Below, in pieces: positions 35,006 through 49,132 of a DNA stretch of 64,000 nucleotides. The position numbers and the translations under genes were made by a program. The first letter of the stretch is position 1, and each line of letters opens with the position of its first letter. Source of the DNA: Felis catus (taxonomy: Eukaryota); assembly GCF_018350175.1 (NCBI RefSeq), contig NC_058368.1, positions 233,122,001 through 233,186,000 on the forward strand. Direction: 5' to 3'. Under the pieces are notes generated by a model. The model was not told where the DNA came from. It worked only from the letters and a program-made list of their open reading frames with translations, and ran no database searches.

Positions 35006-37199
35006 AACTAGTAGAAAGAGAGTTTAAATCAGTCTTTTCTACATCTCAGGGCATTAGGAAATCTCTGCTAACAAATGTTTCTCCAATCAAGTAATATCTT
35101 TTCATAATCGACTCCTTAAGTGAAGCTAGCTATGCAGATTTTCACTCTCACTTTCTTCTGTCCTTCACCTTGAGCTGCTCTTCAACCTGTTTGTCCTGCT
35201 CTTCCTCACGCTCTTCTCCATCACAGGCCCATCCCTACAAGATGCATTTTCCACCATGAAAAATGTGTTCTGGCAGAATCCTACCAATAGCAGGGAAAAG
35301 AATACGGAAGGGTGAAGGAAAAGGAAAACTCAGGGCATTTCTTCCCTTCCCTCTACAGCTGATGGAGTCTTTGGAAGTGGCTGAATCTCCCCTGTATATC
35401 CAGACGGAATTCTGTGCCTGCCTCTGCCTCTGACTGACCCTGACCCTGGGCTCTTGTAAGTATCTCCTGCCTTTGAGCCTCCAGCTGGGAGAAAGCAGGG
35501 TAGTAGCCTTCTGTGTGGCTGGTCCATCCCTGAGTTGACCCTATGGATTCCCACCAAATTTCTCAACTTTTCCTTCACCTTTTGAACATCTCTTTGTATT
35601 GAACTCTCTGTGTTTGAAATTCTCAGAAGGGTTTCCGTTTCTTTTGGTTCTAACCAAAGTCCCAATGAGAAACATATACTACTATCTTCTGTCTTCTTCC
35701 ATATGCCCGTGTGGCCTTCTTTTTTTCTCCTTCTCTCTTGTCTCTCTCTGTCTCTCTCTCTCTCCCCTTCTCTCTCTGTCTCTGTCTCTCCTAAATACTG
35801 CTCAGGAATTATATTAAATCAAAACAATCCTAGGACTTAATGGTATTAATAAATACATCTGAAGCTGAGGGTACAGCAACGATTCTAAAGATATCAGGAA
35901 TAGAAAGGGCTATACAATGTAAATAATATTATCAGCACCTCAGACATGCATGAAAAAGTCAATAAATCACTGCATCCAATCACTTAACAATCATTTATTA
36001 GAACCTCCCCTGGGTCAGTAACTCTCCTTTGTTTCTCTAGAGGAGGGTTGGGGGGAAATGGTGGATGGAAACAATCAGGCGACTGAAATGACCTGCTCTA
36101 AGCCTAGGAGATGCAAACGGTCATCGGCAGAGCCAGAAGGTAAACAAATCATTACCGGAACTTCTCTGCAGGCTCTCTACCCCCAGAACAATGCCAGCCA
36201 GGGAGCGGCAGGCCGCCAGTGAACGTGGCTTCATGCCCTCAAAAGCTCCCTTCACGGAGGCGTCGTGGGTGCAAAACTCTGTATCATGTTCTTGTGTTTA
36301 TTCTGGCTGCAATTCATCTTTATGCATCTTTTGTTTGGCTTTCCAAGACCGGTTTGATCATCAAGCAGCCAATCCTGCAAGCGCCGTGTCCTCACAGCTG
36401 TCAAGGACTGTGAGTCCGTGTTTTTGTATTAATTTGCAATTATCATACAGAAAAGGAATGTGTGCAGTGCCAGAAGTATCAGAATATCGCTACAGCAAGG
36501 CCTGTTTTAAAATGCATTGCACCGTGGGTTTCTTTTCCAATTCACTGAATCTATCCCAGAGCAGAAATAAATTTCAATGCGATGTTTCTTAGGATTATCT
36601 GCGCACTCCCCAAACACCCTGCTTCGTTTCATTCGAAACTGACTGCGATTTAAACCATAACGTACACCCTTTATGAAACGCTGCGACGTGACGCAAACGG
36701 TAAAGAATCGCGGATTGTGCGCGATGTCTTGTGGATCATCTCAGCATCTGGGTTGACCCCAGAGAACCAAACAAACCCTCATAATCTGCATCTGCAGCTC
36801 GGAACGCAGAGATCAATGTTAGTTGAAAAAAACAAGACAGAAGACACTTTAGAAATCAATTGTTGTTTGTCTGCTTTCTCTTTTTACACGCGTTCAGTCT
36901 GTTAGATGAGACGTTTCTAGAACACGACTTAATTATAGGAATAAAAATATTGCCGTGGAAGACACACTCAGGTTGACAAAACCAGATGAATCTTTAGAGC
37001 TTCCATAAGCCCCTCGCCAGAGAGATTGTGAAATGGTTCGTCTTGTGTCTTCTAATAAGCCCAAAGTCAGGTACAACATGAGAATGTTGTCTATGTCAAT
37101 GAGACAGCTCCAGAGAGGAGACTGGAGCTCTGTCGTAGAGGTGAGAGCCACTGGTGAGGACGGCACATACAGAAGAGGTCAGCAGGGGGGCGGGGTGGG

Positions 37200-37426
37200 G
37201 GGTGCCTGGGTGGCTCATTCAGTTAAGCATCTGGCTTCGGCTCAGGTCATGATCTCACAGTTCATGAGTTTGATCCCCGTGTCCAGCTCTGTGCTGACAG
37301 CTCAGAGCCTGGAGCCTGCTTTGGATTCTCTCTCCCTCTCTCTCTGCACCTCCCCCGCTCGCACTCTGTACCTGTCTCTCTCTCTCTCTCAAAAACAAAA
37401 TTTTTTAAAAAATAAAAATAAATAAA
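37200..37426 (+). mobile_element. Can-SINE
   Basis: TSD agaagaggtcagc. Confidence 0.95.
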
Positions 37427-38783
37427 AAGAAGAGGTCAGCGGGCTTGGCCTAGAGGATCTGGTCTGCATCAGGACAGGTCAGCCACAGATGACACTAAGG
37501 GAGAGCCTCTCGCCTATGTCACTGAAGGACTCCACGGAGAACAAGAGTTTGGTTTGCTCCGCGCTGCAGACGAATCTAACTTTGATGACGGAACAATTCA
37601 TTTTAATAAAAGCACATTTTTACAAAATTTCGGCACCATGTTTTACATAGGCATAAGGCTGCATTCTTTCTAGGCTCCTAGGTTCCTAATGTCTTACGAT
37701 TTTTATCTAACTGTACTTATGGAGGGAGATAATAAAACTGTCAGATAGTTTGGAAGAAAAAGAGTACAAACCTGATATTCTATAACAAAGAGGTGGCGCA
37801 TTTTTTAAAACTTTTATTTTAATGGGAAACTTATCAGGATTTGCAGGCCTCAGAGTCTCTGGTGCGTTTTGTCAATGCTACAGGTAGAGCATGTAAGCAG
37901 TCCCAGACAAAACACAAACAAATAAATGTAGTTGAGTTCCGATAAAACTTTATTTACAAAAATGATCGCGGGCAGACTTTGTCTTCAGGCTGTAGGTTAC
38001 CAATGGTGTTTTGCAACACAAAGCTATATTCTGAACTATCCGTGACTCTTAGCAGAATCCAAAGCCTTCGGCTTATTTGGGGACATTGACGCACCTCCAC
38101 GTGTGGATGCGGCCTCAGTGCAAGCTTGGCGCTCATGTCAGATGAGTGGCAATCACCTTCTACTCTGCTCAGCGCCACAGAGAACATGGTCAGAACCGTG
38201 AATTCAGTTTCTGGACGCTCCCTGCACAGGGACAAGACCACACCGAGGAGCGTTCACAGCTGGCTGACCGGGACGGCCACGGACAGCATTGCCACGTGAG
38301 AAAAGATTGAAGGACGTCAGCCTATTTTGTCCCAGGATCAAAGGACATCAAGGAGATCTTCCACTGAACCCCTGTCTCTGGCAAATTCTCACTTAAAAAG
38401 GACAGTCTTTTTATTATATATTCGCAACACGGAGGTACAAAACAGGATAGCAGTATGAAATTTCAGAGAGGCAAATTTTCTCTCAATATAAGGAAAAACT
38501 ACATAAAAATTAGAGCTTACCAATAATGCAAAAATTAGAGCTTGGGCCACCTTTGGAAATTTTTCCTAAACTTGGGGGGTTGAGGTAGAGACCAAATTAA
38601 CATCCCCAGATTAAACTGAATGGGCGGCTTTGTGATCTGTTTTCTCCCACCGATGTTTCTCTCCTGACTTTTAAATTGAGACCTAACATATTTTAGACAT
38701 CTTGGATTTCCTTTCCAAACAAGATGGAGAATTTACATTTTGTGGCACTATACTAAATGAGCTGTCACAATCAAAAATCTGTA

Positions 38784-39003
38784 GGGGCACCTGGGTGGCT
38801 CAGTCGGTTGAGCGTCCGTCTTCGGCTCAGGTCACGATCTCACAGTTTGTGAGTTCGAGCCCCACATCCGGCTCTGTGCTGACAGCTCGGAGCCTGGAGC
38901 CTGTTTTGGATTCTGTGTCTCCCTCTCTCTCTTCCCCTCCCCCCCGCTTATGCTCTCTCTCTCTCTCTCTCTCTCTCAAAAATAATAAACATTAAAACAT
39001 TTA
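38784..39003 (+). mobile_element. Can-SINE
   Basis: SINE consensus. Confidence 0.95.
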
Positions 39004-39401
39004 AAGGGTTAACATGTGTGAGAAAGAGAAAAACTAACAAAAATAGATGATGTAAACAACTCAAATGATCTCTGATTCTCCAAACTATAGTTCCATTAGG
39101 CATCTGACATCTGAGAGATCTGGGTACCAAAAAGTTAAGCCATAGAGTGTATTTCTGAATACAGACACCCTATGTTTCTCCTGTAGGATACCTATACATA
39201 TAGAGCCTAGTCTATTAGAGCCTAAAAGATTAAAGTTATGGACAAAGTAGTGATATCACCTTGGAAAGCAAAGATAAGTGCTACACCACAAATACGTGTT
39301 AATAATTAGTAGACCCAGTGTTGAATTCCCACCTGTTGGAGATGAGTTGGGTGCCTTTTGGGGCCAAATACTCCAAGTTCTGGACAAATTGTTTACCTCG
39401 G

Positions 39402-39846
39402 GGTCAGTCTTCAGGGCTGCTGTAACAAAGGGACACAAACTAAGTGACGTAAAGAACAGAGATGCACTTTCCCACAGATGTGGAGGCCAGAAGTCTGAAA
39501 TCAATGTGTTGATTTGGCCAATTTGGTTCCTCCTGGGGCCAGGAGGGAGACTCTCTACTCCAGGATTACCTCCTTGGTTGCGTAGAAAACCATCTTCTTC
39601 CTGTGTCCTCACATTGTCTTCTTTCTATGCATGTCTGTGTCTGTGCCCAAATGTTCCCATTGTTCTGAGGACATCAGTCACACCGGACTGCCCCACCCCA
39701 ACCCGGTGATCACATTCCAACTTAATTTCCTCTGTAAAGTCCTCAACTCCAAATAAGGCCACATTCTGAAGGGCTAGGAATTAGAATTCTAACATTTTTT
39801 TTTTTTTTTTTTTTTTTTGGTGAAGGCACAATTCAGCCCATAACAC
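39402..39846 (-). mobile_element. MLT1 (MaLR) solo LTR
   Basis: 'cagggctgctgtaacaaag...ggaggccagaagtctgaaatcaa...cacaattcagcccataaca'. Confidence 0.85.
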
Positions 39847-40565
39847 CTTCCCCGGACTATGGGCATCTTAATGCATCCTTAAGGATTGTTGTCAACAAGA
39901 GAGGGCCTTTATTTTTGTTCAAGGCATCTCACTGTTCCCGCCACATAAGGGGGCTAAGCAATGCAAGACTGCATTCCGAGGCGTCCAGAACATTTTCCCC
40001 ATGTTCCTTGGCATTTGTGATCAGTCCGTCAGAACAGTGATATACAAATCTTTAAATAGTTTCAAAGACCTCACTAGGGCAAGACCCACTGGGAAAGACA
40101 GGTGTCCTCAACATACTGTAGTGACAGAGTTAGTGCCGATAATTCTTACAAACCAGTGCGTTCTTGTCGCTCGTGCTGACTGCTCTCAGTCACTGTAAAA
40201 TCCCAACTAAATGCAGGCTGCACAGCACCCGTGCGCTGGGAGCTCAGTAAGAACCCTGCTGAGCTCCACACGCACAGCTGCCCGCAGCTGCCCCGAACAC
40301 AATGTGCACTGAGACACAATATGGGTCTTCTTAAGCGATCAGACTCATTCGGTCTTGTCTGTGCTCATTACTGCTCATGTCAAAGTGAGCAGGAACAGAT
40401 CGACACCAGTTGTTCACAGGCCAAAAGGAGCCTGGCTAACATTTGTTTTCACAGATTGGGGGGCTGGGGGAGGGGGGAAATGTAACACAATCCACTTTAT
40501 ATCAGCACTTCCATTTGTCAGACACCCAAACGGGAGATCATCCTCTTAGAATACTGGTGAGGGGG

Positions 40566-40798
40566 GGGGCGCCTGGGGGGCGCAGTCGGTTAAGCGTCCG
40601 ACTTCAGCCAGGTCACGATCTCGCGGTCCGTGAGTTCGAGCCCCGCATCGGGCTCTGGGCTGATGGCTCGGAGCCTGGAGCCTGTTTCCGATTCTGTGTC
40701 TCCCTCTCTCTCTGCCCCTCCCCCGTGCATGCTCTGTCTCTCTCTGTCCCAAAAATAAACAAACGTTGAAAAAAAAAATAAAAAAAATTAAAAAAAAA
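40566..40798 (+). mobile_element. Young feline Can-SINE
   Basis: TSD aagaatactggtgagggg. Confidence 0.97.
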
Positions 40799-40949
40799 GA
40801 ATACTGGTGAGGGGAATGATGTCATGTTTTCACTACAGTATTGCCTCTTCTGGGAAAATTTTACGGGAAAATACATGTATCTTAATCATCCCAGAGCTCA
40901 TTTTCTTTCTGGTTCTAAGGGCTCGAAAACAAGGCATTTTGTAAGGTGA

Positions 40950-41392
40950 TTGTATTGCAGTCTTAGCACCTGGTATCCATGAATGTGGTCATGTTTGGAA
41001 ATAGGGTCTTTGCAGATGTAATCAGGTTAAGATGAGGTTATACTGGATTAAGGTGGACCCTATTCCAATGGGTCCTGTTCCAATGGATTTCTACTCCAAT
41101 GACTGGTATCCTTATAAGACAAGGAAATTGGGTAGAGAAAAGAATGCCATGTGAAGGCAGAGACAGACACAGAGGGCAGGTCATCACACAACAGCAGAGA
41201 CAGAGATGGTTAAAAGGCAAGGAACCCCCGGGGCACGGGTGGCTCAGTTGGTTATGCATCTGACTCTTGATTTCGGCTCAGGTCATGATCTCATGGTCCG
41301 TGGGCTCAAGCCCCACATCAGGCTCTGCACTGACAGCATGGAGCCTGCTTGGGATTTTCTCTCTCCCTCTCTCTGCCCCTCCTCTACTCTTG

Positions 41393-41426
<34 letters not shown>

Positions 41427-41664
41427 AAAATACATAAACTTAAAAAATATTAAAAGGCAAGGAAGCCCAAAGAAGCTAAGCCAAACAGCAGAAGCTACAA
41501 AGATACAAGGAAACATACTCCCCAGAATCTTCGGAGAGAGCACAGCTCTGCCAACACTTTAATTTCAGTCTTCTAACCCCCAGGACTGTAGAAGAATACA
41601 TTTCTGTCATTTTAAGCTGCTCAATTTTGTAATTTGCTACGGCAGCCCTAGGAAACTAATACAG
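40950..41664 (+). mobile_element. MLT1C-like LTR with nested Can-SINE (41230-41452)
   Basis: 'tttggaaatagggtctttgcagatgtaatc' through 'gcagccctaggaaactaataca'. Confidence 0.88.
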
Positions 41665-41883
41665 ACACTATATTAATTCAAAAATTTTCGTGTGCTCCCC
41701 TGCTATGCTAAGTATGTGGAAGACAGCACGGTACATCATGAGTTTATAATTTGGTTGGGAAAATAATGCATAAATAGCTATCATGCAGCTCGAAAGTCTC
41801 ACTGCCCTTTAACTGCATACCGTTACCATGTTATCTCTTACTCAGAGCTCTCACTATTAAGAGTCAAAAAGGAATGCAGTCCA

Positions 41884-42103
41884 GGGGCGCCTGAGTGGTT
41901 CAGTCAGTTGAGCAGCTGACTTCGGCTCAGGTCATGATCTCACAGTTCACAAGTTCGAGCCCTGCGTCGGGGTCTGTGCTGATGGCTCAGAGTCAGGAGC
42001 CTGCTTCAGATTCTGTGTCCCCCTCTCTCTCTGCCATTCCCCCACTTGCACTCTGTGTGGGTCTCTCTCTCCCTCCATCTCAAAAATAAACATTGAAAAA
42101 AAA
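41884..42103 (+). mobile_element. Can-SINE
   Basis: SINE consensus. Confidence 0.95.
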
Positions 42104-42396
42104 ATGAGGTCCAAGCCATCTCCCCATGTGTCTGAGATGGAGGGCATGTGGTGCATGCATGTCGGGAAGTGTGTGTGCAGGAGAGGAGGGGCTGGGAAGC
42201 TAGAAAAGTAAATCAGGCACCGTCCCTGATTCTCTCTGCATTTTTAATTTGTAGGGAGAGTTCAAGGAGTCTACACTGGAAGCTTGCTTCTCCGTGGAAG
42301 CACGCAGCCACAAAATAAAACAAAGAATGGACTTGTCAAAGAACAGGAGTTGGGCTTCTATCAGCCTGCGTGTTTTCCCACTACATTTGTGTTCTC

Positions 42397-42925
42397 TTTT
42401 TTTTTTTTAACTGAGATATAATTGACATGTAACATGATATCAGCTTCAGGAGTACAACATAATGATTCAATATTTGTGTATATTGTGAAATCACCACAAT
42501 GTCTCATTAACATCCCTCCCCGTACAGAGTTACAAAAATGTTTTTCTTGTGATGATAACTTTTATGATCTACGTCTTAGCAATTTCCAAATAGGGAATAT
42601 GCTATTAACTGCAGTCACCATGCTGTACGTGACATCCCCATGATTTGCTTATTTCATAACTAGAAGTTTGCACCTTTGGACCCCCTTCACCTATTTTACC
42701 ACACCCCCACCCCCTGCCTCCGGCAACCACCAATCTCTTCTCTGTATCTTTGAGCCTGTTTTCCCTCTCTCTCTCTCTCTCTCTGCCACATATAAATGAG
42801 ATAATATAGTATTTATCATTCTCCTTCTGACTTATTTCGCTTAGCATAATGACCTCCAGGTTCATTCATGTTGTCACAAATTGCAAGATTGCCCTCTATT
42901 TCTATGGCTGAGTAATATATCGCAT
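42397..42925 (-). mobile_element. L1 (L1MA/MB-like) 3' end
   Basis: Poly-T then reverse 3' UTR; MNLEVIMLSEISQ. Confidence 0.88.
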
Positions 42926-43514
42926 TAGGGAATTTTCCCCAACTGGATGAGAGCCTGTGGTGGGGGCTGTTAGTCACTATGACCGGTCCCAAACACAAAA
43001 GGAGAGAAAAGCCACATGATAGATACAGGGTTGAAAAATGACAAAAGATACACGTGGGTGTTGCGTGGGATTACAATGTGGAATTTGGGGACAGGCACAT
43101 TATCTTTCCCCTGAAAAGATAAGAGATCTGGGCTATTAGTTGCCCTCTTGCCCTCTGTATGGACAAAGTCTATCTCCAGAAAAAAGCCATGTGAAAACAA
43201 CCTGAACGATGAGAAAAAGGAAGATGCAAAATCCTGCTAGTTTTATCTGAGCACCTGGATCCAGTCATCCCAAAACCTAATCCACCCTTGGACTTCTCAG
43301 TAACATGGAATGATATATTCCCTCTTCTCAGTGGGCCTCCCATGCCAGAATAAGTCCTGCCCTCTACAAACACATTCCTCTGTTATCAGAATAAGTCATT
43401 ACACATCATCTCACCATGTTTACACTTTCCGCAAAATCCTCTTACAGAAATGTAACCCTCCAAACTTTGGAAAAAATCTTGTGCACATAGCAATTTATTT
43501 ACCAATAAAGAGAT

Positions 43515-43668
43515 GAATAGATGGAAGATAGATAGATAGATAGATAGGTAGATAGATACATAAATAGATAGATGGATATTAGATGATAGATGATAGATAG
43601 ATAGATAGATAGATAGAGTAGATGATAGATAGATAGATGATAGATAAATAGATATATAGATAGTAGAT

Positions 43669-43700
<32 letters not shown>
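43515..43700. repeat. (GATA)n compound microsatellite
   Basis: Direct observation. Confidence 0.95.
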
Positions 43701-43702
<2 letters not shown>

Positions 43703-43719
43703 TCTAATAGTGCACACTT

Positions 43720-45160
43720 GGCTTAACACTGAAATGTCAACCAGTATTTGTTAAATAGACTAAATAATCTCACTCATAGACAAAAGAGAAAAACAACATT
43801 ATAAAATCAATAGTTTAAAAATAGATATTTGGTAAAATTCAACATCTATTCATGATAACAAAGAAACCTCAGTAAAAGAAGACTATAGGTGAACATCTTC
43901 AATCAGATAAAAATGCTTCTACAGCAGATTTATACTGAACTTTATGTTTAATGGTGAAATACTGCTTTCTTCCCAACAGCAGGATCAAAGACCAGGATAT
44001 CCGTTCTGTCCACATCTATTAAGTTGTTATTTCGTAAGTCCTAGTCGTCTCAATAGGTCAAAAGTCATAAATGAGATAAATGTCACACAGATTGGAAAGT
44101 ATGGTGGGAAGCCTCTCAGAAGGCCCTCCCAATTTCTGGAATCCACACCATGACATAATCCCTACCTCTTGAATGTGCACAGGACTTTTTGATCTGCTTC
44201 TAACAAATAGAATATGGAAAATGTAATAGGACATCATTCCCAGTATAAAGCTAAAACAAAAAGCTAAAACAAAAAACAAAACCAAACAAACAATAACAAA
44301 CAAACAAAAAAACTATGGCTTCTCCTGGGCATTCTTTGTATCTCTCTCTTTTTGACCGCTTCTCTCTTTTTGACAACTCCCATGTCATGAGGTCACCTTG
44401 GAAATATATGGTAAAGTCCAAATGGCAAGGAATCAGGGCCTGCCAACAGCCATGTGAGGAAGCTTGGAAACAGATCTCCCCACTCCAGCTGATCCCGCCT
44501 ATGAGACCATAGCCCCAGCCAACAGCCTAACTGTTCTCAGAGAAATCCCATGAAAGAATCCATGAGAGAAACCAGAGAATCCAACCAAGTAAATCACATC
44601 CAGATCTCTGGTCCACAGAAACAGTGAGATAATAAATGCTTGTCCTTTTATGCCACTAACTTCTGAAGTAATTTGCTATGCAGAAATAGATAAATCAGAC
44701 AGGAAGAAATAAAACTATCTTTATTTGCAGATGGCAAGGTCTCTGCTGAAAGAAACAAATCTATGAAAGGGCTCCTAGTTCTTCAAGGCCATAGGATGCA
44801 ATACGAATTCTATTTTAAATACTAGAAACAGAAAAATTGAAATAAAAGTGAACATTTAAAATGGCATAATAAAACACAAAATGCTTAGGGATAAATTGAA
44901 AAACCTATGTGCAAAAGCTGTAAGCTGAAAACTATAAAATATTGCAAGAGAAGTTAAATAACAACTAAATAAACTGGGAAATATACCATGTTCATGGATC
45001 AAAAAAAATCATTAATGTTATGCTGTCCATTCTTTCCAAATTATCTATAAGTTCAATAAAATTTTGTCAAAATTTCAGCAGACATTCTTATAAAACTTGA
45101 AAATCTGACTCTAAAATTATATGAGAATTCAATGACCTAAAATTTGCAAAACGTGTTTTT
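43720..45160 (+). mobile_element. Old L1 ORF2 fragment with nested MLT1-type LTR (~44100-44700)
   Basis: L1 RT-like motifs ('tttggtaaaattcaacatc', 'tttatttgcagatgg', 'ataccatgttcatggat'). Confidence 0.75.
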
Positions 45161-45848
45161 TAATTTAAAACAGAATTATATGGAATTTTTATGTTTTAGT
45201 GACAAAACTCCCTCCTGCTCAAAATACTATGTAGAAATCTCTTTTCAACAAACTGTTTCATCATGGTGCAAATGATAAGCAAAGAATACTTTGACAATCT
45301 ATTGCAATTTCACAGTTGCAATTATTCCATGAAAATAAACTTTTAAAATGTGTATGTTGGCTCATTTGTTACTTTATATAATGCTGTAATTCAAGCCATG
45401 ATTAACACATTTCTGTAACAAATTTTTAAGGGAAAAAAAATGTTTCAAAATCAGAAATATTCCACATAAGGTAAAGTTTTAATTGTTCTTGCTGCTAAAT
45501 CTAATTATAGGAATCTTTCAGTGACTCAACCTTTTGCTACGTCTTGTGAGCTGAAGGCACTCCCTCCAATCCCCCTGTATTCCCAGGGTGTCTCCTTTTA
45601 TGGGCCCCGCTCCAAATTCCCTGCAGGTGCTTGCCTGTTCATCACATTTTTGCTCTTCTGCATGACCTTCTATAACTTTTATCCGAGCAACAGAACATGT
45701 TTCCTGTTGTTTCTTAGGTGATATGAAAACATTATTTGAATAATAATCTACTTTAAAACACTTAAGTATTATGTTTTTATATTGTAAAAGACAATGTTGA
45801 TAGTCATTAGTTTTCCTTCTCATTTTAGGCCGTAGGAAATGGAATTCT

Positions 45849-46075
45849 GGGGGCGCCTGGATGGCGCAGTCGGTTAAGCGTCTGACCTCAGCCAGGTCAC
45901 GATCTCGCGGTCCGTGAGTTCGAGCCCCGCGTCAGGCTCTGGGCTGATGGCTCGGAGCCTGGAGCCTGTTTCCGATTCTGTGTCTCCCTCTCTCTCTGCC
46001 CCTCGCCCGTTCACGCTCTGTCTCTCTCTGTCCCAAAAATAAATAAACGTTGAAAAAAAAAATTAAAAAAAAAAA
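45849..46075 (+). mobile_element. Young feline Can-SINE
   Basis: TSD gaaatg(g/a)aattctg. Confidence 0.97.
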
Positions 46076-47289
46076 GAAATGAAATTCTGCATCCTCTGTT
46101 GAACCACTTACTGTCAAAACACATGATCACCTCCCTTCCTAGCCTCATTAGCTCTGAATTAGCACATTTTGTCACTCCTGTCATCGGTTCCTCTCTGGAA
46201 GATGAAATTTCCTGTGTCACTTATGATAGCATGACTCTATTGCTAAGCTGCTCACTGTACAGTCGTGCTATCGGGTTACTAAATCCAGAGGTTTGCTGCT
46301 GTCTTTCTTCTCCCTTCACTCCCCCCTGTTGTGTGTGGAATGAGTGGGATCCTGTATCCGATTCAGCCACAGATCAGCAGCCCGGAGTCCCGCCTCCTCT
46401 GGACAACGTCCTTTCAGGAGCAGGTATCTCGGCAGGTAGAGAAGCTCCCTGGAGCTACCGATTTCTGCTCATCTCCCCAAAGTTCATGGGCCCCAAATAT
46501 TTAATTTCTACTTGTTGGGATGTCCTCCTCTTTTCCCAAGTGTCACTAAGTAAAAAGACTGCTGTGGAGACAAAACTGATGATGAAAAACAGCAAGCGAT
46601 CAAATGTCGGCACATCAGGTTTTTTTTATTTCAGCTTCATTGAGTCCTGTTCTTCCAGCAGTGCCCGTGTTTCCCAGTGCCGAGGCCGAGGGGCGCCGAC
46701 CCCTTCGTGACACCCTCTCCTCCCCAAACAATGCTGATGTCCAGGCCCCTGGGTGCTGTCGACCCCTGCCCTTCTCTGCAGAGCTCTGAATCTGCAACAC
46801 AAAGTGGCCACCTGGGCTGATGGGTTCTGAATCTGTCGTGCATCATTAGTAAACTGCCAATTTCGAGTGCAACTCTGTATTCGCCTCCTTTGGGAAGTGA
46901 TGAGAAACCATGCCGAGCGCTGCTGAGTTCTGAGGAGAGAGCATGGTTTCTTCTCTTTCCCCCCTAGGCAACCATAATCTCATCATGATAGCTGTCCGAT
47001 CCCTAGACCCCCAGAGCATCAGGCACAACGTCAAGGTTTAAAAAAAAAAAAATTCAGAGGTTAAATACATTTAGAGAGTGTTGGAACTTGCTGCCCCAAC
47101 CCTACCTAAGGGCATGGTGTCCTCTCAGCCCCTGGGACGTCAGCACAGATGCTTGAAGATCCAATAAGTGGGGGTGAGAGAGGGAGTAAACCAATATACT
47201 CCAAATTTCAACATTGTGGAAACACAGCTGTGCGAAGGTCACGGCCCCACCCTTCAGACCTTCTGTTCTATCAATATCCTTCCCACCAG

Positions 47290-47464
47290 CAGGATCAGCT
47301 TCATAATTTGCGGGGTCAGGGGCAAAATCAAAAATTGCACCCTTGATCAAAAATGATTACAAATTTCAAGGTAGTGACAGCAGAGCAGTAAGTCAAACAT
47401 GGGGGCCCTACTGAATGTGGGGGCCTGTGGGACCACACGTGCTGCCGCCATGAAGCTGGTTCTG
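47290..47464. mobile_element. MER45-like hAT MITE
   Basis: Imperfect 15-bp TIRs caggatcagcttcat / atgaagctggttctg. Confidence 0.7.
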
Positions 47465-48915
47465 CCAGCGGTTGACAAAGAAGAGGGGTCGGTGAGAATG
47501 GAACACAGTCTTCTGTGGACCCATTTTGCCCATGGGCTGCAGACCCTCCCTGGAATTAAACCACCAATTGTTCCGTTTTTCCCTCAGCTCTTAGCTGCTA
47601 CAGGTTGTCTAATGTATCTTACCTCCATTTGGGCAAAGACCAACCAAGGTGCTGCCATTAACCATGAATCTTCCCTCAAACACTGCTTCCCTACGTACGG
47701 TAGGATTATCGTTAGAACGGACCAGCCGTAAGACATCTTGAGCCCTAAAACATAGAGCTACTAGACACCTGCTCTGCTTGTCTTTGAGGGTTTGGAAGAA
47801 AGCAAACTTCTCCCCCCTTGGGACTTGCACAGCAAGGTCATCCCAGAGAGGATGACGACTGCGTATTTCTGTCTTCCCCTTGAGTGCATAGTTGACAGTT
47901 GACCACGTGGTGTGACAGAAGCAGCACTCAGAGCCTCTGGTTGCATCCCCCCTGTTAAAAAATAAACACTTCTGTTTCGAGTTAGTCTCATCAGGAGAGT
48001 GATTCCTCTGTCTTACAGCAGTGATGTCCAAACTCTTCCCCAATAACTGTACCTTTCAGGGCGAAGGCTAGAGCAGTAACATCACTGAGATATGCCAGTG
48101 GAAGTGTAGCTTCAGAAAAAATGGAAATTCGCATGCGAACCCTCATATGTCACCTGTGAATGCCATGTGAATGTTCACAGTGCCAAGTGCTGTAATATTT
48201 TTTTAATAATATTCTTAAGTAACCAGGAAGCTTCTCATATCATCATTAAGAAAAATTGACGAAGTTTTATCATCTTTCTCCTATGGCTCCCTGTATGTTT
48301 TTGACAAGTGGGTTTACCTTTTAAAAATTAGGACATTAAGTTTCTTGGTTTCTGTTACTAGAAACATATTTCTTGAGGGACACGTCAGTGATTCGCTTAT
48401 CAGCCAATTACACGTTAGTGTGAATAAGCTTATGAGAACTTTTTCTAAGCAAGGGTGAAGGCAGAAGTCAGTGTAGTACAATTAAGCCGTGACGTACGAG
48501 GGGAGAAGGGGATCCCACTGAGTGAAAACGATGACACAAAATTAGACACAGACTCTTCTGTATTAAACGGTGTTTCATATTTCCTCTTCTGGCAAGAGCT
48601 TATCCTTCATTAAAATAATCTGAATATTCACTTCAATGGGTTTCCACCGGAAAAAAACCATTAAAGCTCCATTAACCTGGCCCCCATTCCCATCGCCCTC
48701 ACTGTGGGCTGCCGACGGGTCGACCGCAAAGCAGGTTAGCTATCTCACACCTCCCTCAACAAGAACAGTCACAAGTTTCTCCATTCTGGAGTCCCGTCTC
48801 CTTCTAGCAAGCACAAGCTCTTACGTCACTGCATCTTCAACCAACATATATCTCACTCTTCCCCCTAAAATTGATTTTCAGGGAGAATGTCATTCGGAAC
48901 CAAAGGGCCTTCTTT

Positions 48916-49132
48916 TAAATTTTTTTTTCAACGTTTATTTTATTTTTGGGACAGAGAGAGACAGAGCATGAACGGGGGAGGGGCAGAGAGAGAAGGAGAC
49001 ACAGAATCGGAAACAGGCTCCAGGCTCTGAGCCATCAGCCCAGAGCCTGACGCGGGGCTCGAACTCACGGACCGCGAGATCGTGACCTGGCTGAAGTCGG
49101 ACGCTTGACCGACTGCGCCACCCAGGCGCCCC
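48916..49132 (-). mobile_element. Young feline Can-SINE
   Basis: TSD ccaaagggccttcttt. Confidence 0.97.

Noticed and set aside
46099..46710. 203-aa ORF (also 32485-32997 and 20424-21050)
   Set aside because: No recognisable domain or convincing start; the last is built from repeats.
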